Positions 6,387 through 9,726 of a stretch of 9,726 bases of DNA are shown here, piece after piece (position 1 is the first letter of the stretch; each line of letters begins with the position of its first letter). Source of the DNA: an uncultured archaeon (GTDB lineage: Archaea > Iainarchaeota > Iainarchaeia > Iainarchaeales > CSSED10-239). The DNA lies in assembly GCA_964468895.1 (NCBI GenBank), contig CAYXWT010000020.1:1-9726 (forward strand), in the 5' to 3' direction. A model generated the notes under the pieces. It ran no database searches. It saw only the letters and a program-made list of their open reading frames with translations, and was not told the origin of the DNA. The translations under genes and the position numbers were made by a program.

Positions 6387-6743
6387 TTATTTTTTAAAAA
6401 TTAATTTTATTAAATATACAATTGTTGGAACTATTAAAAATATTAAAATATGATCATTATCTATTAAATGAAATCTATTTATAATAAATATTCCTATATA
6501 CCAACCTATTAAATATACTAAATTGTGCTTTTTAAATTTTATTATTAATGGATAGCATAAAATTAATATTAGTATTATTACTATTATTAAATAATATTGT
6601 CTCCATGATTGACCCCAAATAATATCTATTATTCTTGTAGATATTAAAAAAATTGCAGAAAATATTATTCCATGTAAAACTCTACTAATTAGAAAAAAAA
6701 CACCTTCTTCAAGATTTTGTGTACTTTTTATAATTGAACTCAT
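6387..6743 (-). CDS. Small hydrophobic membrane protein (118 aa, about 3-4 TM segments), unknown function
   Basis: ORF-track protein with long Ile/Leu-rich hydrophobic segments. It is divergent from the ATPase gene, and a TATA-like element lies about 26 nt upstream of its ATG. No recognisable family motif. Confidence 0.6.
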   Translation of the reverse strand: MSSIIKSTQNLEEGVFFLISRVLHGIIFSAIFLISTRIIDIIWGQSWRQYYLIIVIILILILCYPLIIKFKKHNLVYLIGWYIGIFIINRFHLIDNDHILIFLIVPTIVYLIKLIFKK

Positions 6744-6764
6744 ATTTAAATTAAGAGTAATATG

Positions 6765-6776
6765 TTTATATTTTTA
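6765..6776. promoter_or_regulatory. TATA-like element (TTTATATTTTTA) shared by two divergent genes
   Basis: The TTTATATT core (6765-6772) is centred about 25.5 nt from the minus-strand ATG at 6743 and about 26.5 nt from the plus-strand ATG at 6795. Neither start has an SD, which fits leaderless archaeal transcripts. Confidence 0.4.
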
Positions 6777-6794
6777 TTGTTAATATATAATATT

Positions 6795-9545
6795 ATGAAT
6801 AAGAGTAAATCTAATAATAATGATCTTACATATTATCAATTATCTATTACAAAAATAGTAGATTTATTAAAAACAAATTTAAATTTAGGATTAAATAATA
6901 CTGAAGTTAATAATAGATTTACAAAATTTGGTTATAATGAATTAGAAGATAAAAATAAAGTGTCTGCTTTTAAAGTTTTTATATCTCAATTTAAAAGTAG
7001 TATTATTTATATTTTAATATTTGCAGTTATTATTTCTTTATTACTAGGAGAAATAGTAGATAGTATAATTATTTTTATAATTTTAATACTAAATTCTATA
7101 TTAGGATTTGTTCAAGAATATAATGCTGCTAAATCTATTGAAGAACTTAAAAAATTATCTACCTTTAAAGCAGTGGTATTAAGAAATTCACAAAAAAAAG
7201 AAATTGATTCTAAATTATTAGTTCCTGGAGATATAATTTATTTTGAAGAAGGTAATAAGATTTGTGCTGACTGTAGAATTATTGAAAATAATAATTTAAA
7301 AGTAGATGAGTCTTCTTTAACTGGTGAATCTGTTGCTGTTGAAAAAAATATAAGTGTTATTTCTAAAGAAAGTACTATTTCTGAACGAAAAAATATGCTT
7401 TTTTCTGGAACTCTAATAACTAATGGAACAGCTAAAGCAATAGTTGTTAAAACTGGTATGAAAAGTGAAATTGGTAAAATTGCTAATTTAATTTCTACAA
7501 ATAATTCTAAAAAAACACCTCTTCAAATTAAATTAGATAAATTAGGTAAAATTCTAGCTTATATAGTAATATTTGTATGTATAATTATATTTATTACAGG
7601 TGTAATTAAAGATAATTTACATATATATTTATTTTCAGGACAATTTATAACTTTTATTCAAAATGCAGAAGTTTGGTTAATAATAGCAGTTTCTTTAGCA
7701 GTAGCGGCTGTTCCTGAAGGACTTCCTGCAGTAGTAACTATTGCTCTTTCTATTGGTGTTAAAAAAATGCTTTCTAAAAATGCATTAATTAGAAATTTAC
7801 CTTCAGTAGAAACTCTTGGAGAAACCAATATTATTTGTACTGATAAAACAGGTACTTTAACTAAAAATGAGATGACTGTAAGAAGATTATTTTTAGATTT
7901 AAAAGAATATGAACTAGATGGTACTGGTTACTCTAAAATAGGTAATATTTTAGAACCAATATCTAGAAAAAAAGAAATTGTTTCAAATATTTTATTTAAA
8001 ATTGGAATCTTAGCTAATAATTCAGATATAGAAAAAGAAGAAAATTTAAAACTAAAAACTATAGGTGATCCTACAGAAATAAGTTTGTTAATTAGCTCTT
8101 TTAAAAATAATATTGATTTTAGAGATTTAAGAGAAGCAAATCCAAGAATTTTAGAAATTCCTTTTTCTTCTAATAGAAAACTTATGAGTTCTATTAATAG
8201 AAATTTAGTAGATAATAAAGAATATATTTATACTAAAGGTGCTCCTGAAAAAATACTTGATATTTGTACAAAAATATTAATTAACGGCAAAATTAAAACT
8301 TTAACTAAAGAAATAAAGGAAAATATTCTTAATAAAAATAAAGAATTTTCTTTACAAGCTTTAAGAGTATTAGGATTTTCATATAAAGATATAAATTCAA
8401 AAAAAATAAGTTCTAAAAATAAAAATCTAGAATATCTTGAAAATGAAGAAATATTTGTTGGGTTACAAGCAATGATTGACCCTCCAAGATTAGAAGTTAA
8501 AGATTCTATAATTAAATGTAAAAATGCTGGTATAAGAGTAATTATGATTACTGGAGATAATTCTTATACTGCCCAAGCTATAGCTAATGAAGTTGGAATA
8601 TTAGGAACTGCTATAGATGGTAGTGATTTTTTTAAATTTGAAAAAAGTAAACAAATAAAGTTAATTGCTAAAATAGGTATCTTTTCAAGAGTTGAACCTG
8701 AACATAAACTTAAAATTGTAAAGTTATTACAAGAACAAGGTTTTACTGTAGCTATGAGTGGTGATGGTGTTAATGATGCGCCTGCTATCAAACAAGCAGA
8801 TTTAGGTATAGCTATGGGTTTAAGTGGCAGTGATGTTACTAAATCTAGTAGTGATATGATACTTTTAGATGATAAGTTTAATACTATAGTTAATAGTATA
8901 GAAGAAGGTAGAGGAATATATGAAAATATTAAAAAATTTGTAAATTATCTTCTTTCTTCAAATATTGCTGAAGTATTAATTGTATTTTTTGCAATTATAT
9001 TTGGTTGGTCTTTACCTATGACTGCAATAATGTTATTATGGTTAAATTTAGTTACTGATGGGTTCCCAGCTTTAGCATTAAGTTTAGATCCAAATCCAAA
9101 ATATTTAATGAACTTAAGACCTAAAGGTAAAAAAGAAAATATAATTACTAAAAATATTTGGATAAGTATAATTTTAATATCTGTAATTATTTCAATTGTA
9201 GTATTATATTTATTTAAAACAAATTTAGTTTATGGATTAGATATAGCTAGAACTATGGCTTTTACTTCTTTAGTAGTTATTGAATTAGTAAGACCATTTG
9301 ATATAAGAAAAGACTTTAAATTAGGAATATTTTCAAATTTGTATCTAGTGGGTGCTGTAATAATATCATTTATATTACAATTAATAGTAATATATACTCC
9401 ATTAAATAAATTATTTGGATTAACTGCTCTTAGTTTTAATAATTGGTTAATTATAATATTAAGTTGTGTTGTAGTTTATACATTAAATTATATTTGTCAA
9501 AAGATATTTAAATTAAATAATAATTTGTATCTTCATAAACAATAA
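6795..9545 (+). CDS. P-type cation-transporting ATPase, type IIA (SERCA/PMR1-like, probable Ca2+ pump)
   Basis: Motifs seen: TGES (LTGESVAVEK), ICTDKTGTLT (phospho-Asp codon 7842-7844), KGAPE, MITGDN, GDGVNDAPA. PEGLPAV in TM4 and LWLNLVTDG in TM6 are typical of Ca2+-type pumps. The ORF track starts at 6762 (MFIFLLLIYNI...). I prefer the ATG at 6795 (MNKSKSNNNDLTYY...) because these pumps have a cytoplasmic N-terminus and because of the TATA spacing. Confidence 0.95.
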   Translation: MNKSKSNNNDLTYYQLSITKIVDLLKTNLNLGLNNTEVNNRFTKFGYNELEDKNKVSAFKVFISQFKSSIIYILIFAVIISLLLGEIVDSIIIFIILILNSILGFVQEYNAAKSIEELKKLSTFKAVVLRNSQKKEIDSKLLVPGDIIYFEEGNKICADCRIIENNNLKVDESSLTGESVAVEKNISVISKESTISERKNMLFSGTLITNGTAKAIVVKTGMKSEIGKIANLISTNNSKKTPLQIKLDKLGKILAYIVIFVCIIIFITGVIKDNLHIYLFSGQFITFIQNAEVWLIIAVSLAVAAVPEGLPAVVTIALSIGVKKMLSKNALIRNLPSVETLGETNIICTDKTGTLTKNEMTVRRLFLDLKEYELDGTGYSKIGNILEPISRKKEIVSNILFKIGILANNSDIEKEENLKLKTIGDPTEISLLISSFKNNIDFRDLREANPRILEIPFSSNRKLMSSINRNLVDNKEYIYTKGAPEKILDICTKILINGKIKTLTKEIKENILNKNKEFSLQALRVLGFSYKDINSKKISSKNKNLEYLENEEIFVGLQAMIDPPRLEVKDSIIKCKNAGIRVIMITGDNSYTAQAIANEVGILGTAIDGSDFFKFEKSKQIKLIAKIGIFSRVEPEHKLKIVKLLQEQGFTVAMSGDGVNDAPAIKQADLGIAMGLSGSDVTKSSSDMILLDDKFNTIVNSIEEGRGIYENIKKFVNYLLSSNIAEVLIVFFAIIFGWSLPMTAIMLLWLNLVTDGFPALALSLDPNPKYLMNLRPKGKKENIITKNIWISIILISVIISIVVLYLFKTNLVYGLDIARTMAFTSLVVIELVRPFDIRKDFKLGIFSNLYLVGAVIISFILQLIVIYTPLNKLFGLTALSFNNWLIIILSCVVVYTLNYICQKIFKLNNNLYLHKQ

Positions 9546-9582
9546 TTATATTATCTGTATTTAGAAAAAAATATATAAAAAG

Positions 9583-9607
9583 AAAATAATTTTGTTAAAA
9601 TTATTTT
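9583..9607 (-). terminator. Perfect 11-bp inverted repeat with a 3-nt loop, followed on the minus strand by a T-rich tract
   Basis: aaaataatttt-gtt-aaaattatttt. On the minus strand the hairpin is followed by CTTTTTATATATTTTTTT. The stem is A/U only and therefore weak. It overlaps the stop codon of the right-edge minus-strand ORF. Confidence 0.3.
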
Positions 9608-9726
9608 AAAATATTATTAATTTCTTTATTTAAGATTATATTATTTATCTTACCAATTTTTTCTTTTTTAATAATATTATCTTCTTCTAATTGTCTAAGT
9701 ATTCTATGTATTTTCACTTTATTAAA
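9601..9726 (-). CDS. C-terminal 41 codons of a probable winged-helix (MarR/ArsR/TrmB-like) DNA-binding protein. 5' end lies outside the window
   Basis: My translation of the minus strand, in frame with the window edge: FNKVKIHRILRQLEEDNIIKKEKIGKINNIILNKEINNILK*. The pattern (recognition-helix end, then a charged helix, then a K-x-G beta-hairpin wing) is typical of wHTH regulators. An open frame this short is only modest evidence. Confidence 0.4.
   Translation of the reverse strand, partial: FNKVKIHRILRQLEEDNIIKKEKIGKINNIILNKEINNILK

Noticed and set aside
6762-6794. 11-codon N-terminal extension of the ATPase (MFIFLLLIYNI)
   Set aside because: It would add a hydrophobic segment to a normally cytoplasmic N-terminus, leave only 18 nt to the divergent gene, and swallow the only TATA-like element. 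The ATG at 6795 fits better. It is kept as an alternative only.
8564-8791. 75-aa minus-strand ORF from the supplied track
   Set aside because: It is antisense to the most conserved part of the P-type ATPase (the MITGDN to GDGVNDAPA region) and has no start context or recognisable motif. This is a shadow ORF.
1-9726. Alternative genetic code (TGA or TAG reassignment), considered because the A+T content is extreme
   Set aside because: All family-assignable genes are full length under the standard code, Trp is encoded by TGG, and the stops are TAA (one TAG). No in-frame stops interrupt a recognisable domain.

Overview
This is a very AT-rich, gene-dense prokaryotic window. I can support 11 protein-coding genes, two of them truncated by the window edges. 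I see no rRNA, tRNA, CRISPR array, transposase, integrase or recognisable defence gene.

Genes, left to right:
- a U32-family (collagenase-like, Fe-S type) protein on the minus strand, running off the left edge and absent from the supplied ORF track
- a 128-aa Cys-motif protein of unknown function
- a class I SAM-dependent methyltransferase
- two tandem paralogous polytopic membrane proteins with a DUF5684-like motif
- a CorA Mg2+/Co2+ channel
- an 89-aa secreted Asn-rich protein ending in a 4-Cys module
- a TM-helix-repeat (MscS-N-terminal-like) membrane protein
- a 118-aa membrane protein
- a type IIA (SERCA/PMR1-like) P-type cation ATPase
- a probable winged-helix regulator C-terminus on the minus strand at the right edge

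Several start codons have TATA-like elements about 26 nt upstream, genes are followed by oligo-T tracts, and a few genes have GGAGG-type ribosome-binding sites. This fits a low-GC archaeon (methanogen-like or DPANN-like). A bacterial origin cannot be excluded without a database search.

I find no clear candidate for a known or novel defence or mobile system. The most unusual items are:
- the tandem DUF5684-like membrane pair with oppositely charged tails
- the stand-alone secreted 4-Cys miniprotein, which has the strongest RBS in the window
- the Cys-motif protein next to the U32 Fe-S family gene
- the 10-mer AAAAACAGTT, found three times and only at gene boundaries
- a single TATA-like element placed symmetrically between two divergent start codons

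All functional interpretations come from reading motifs by eye and need profile or structure searches to confirm.
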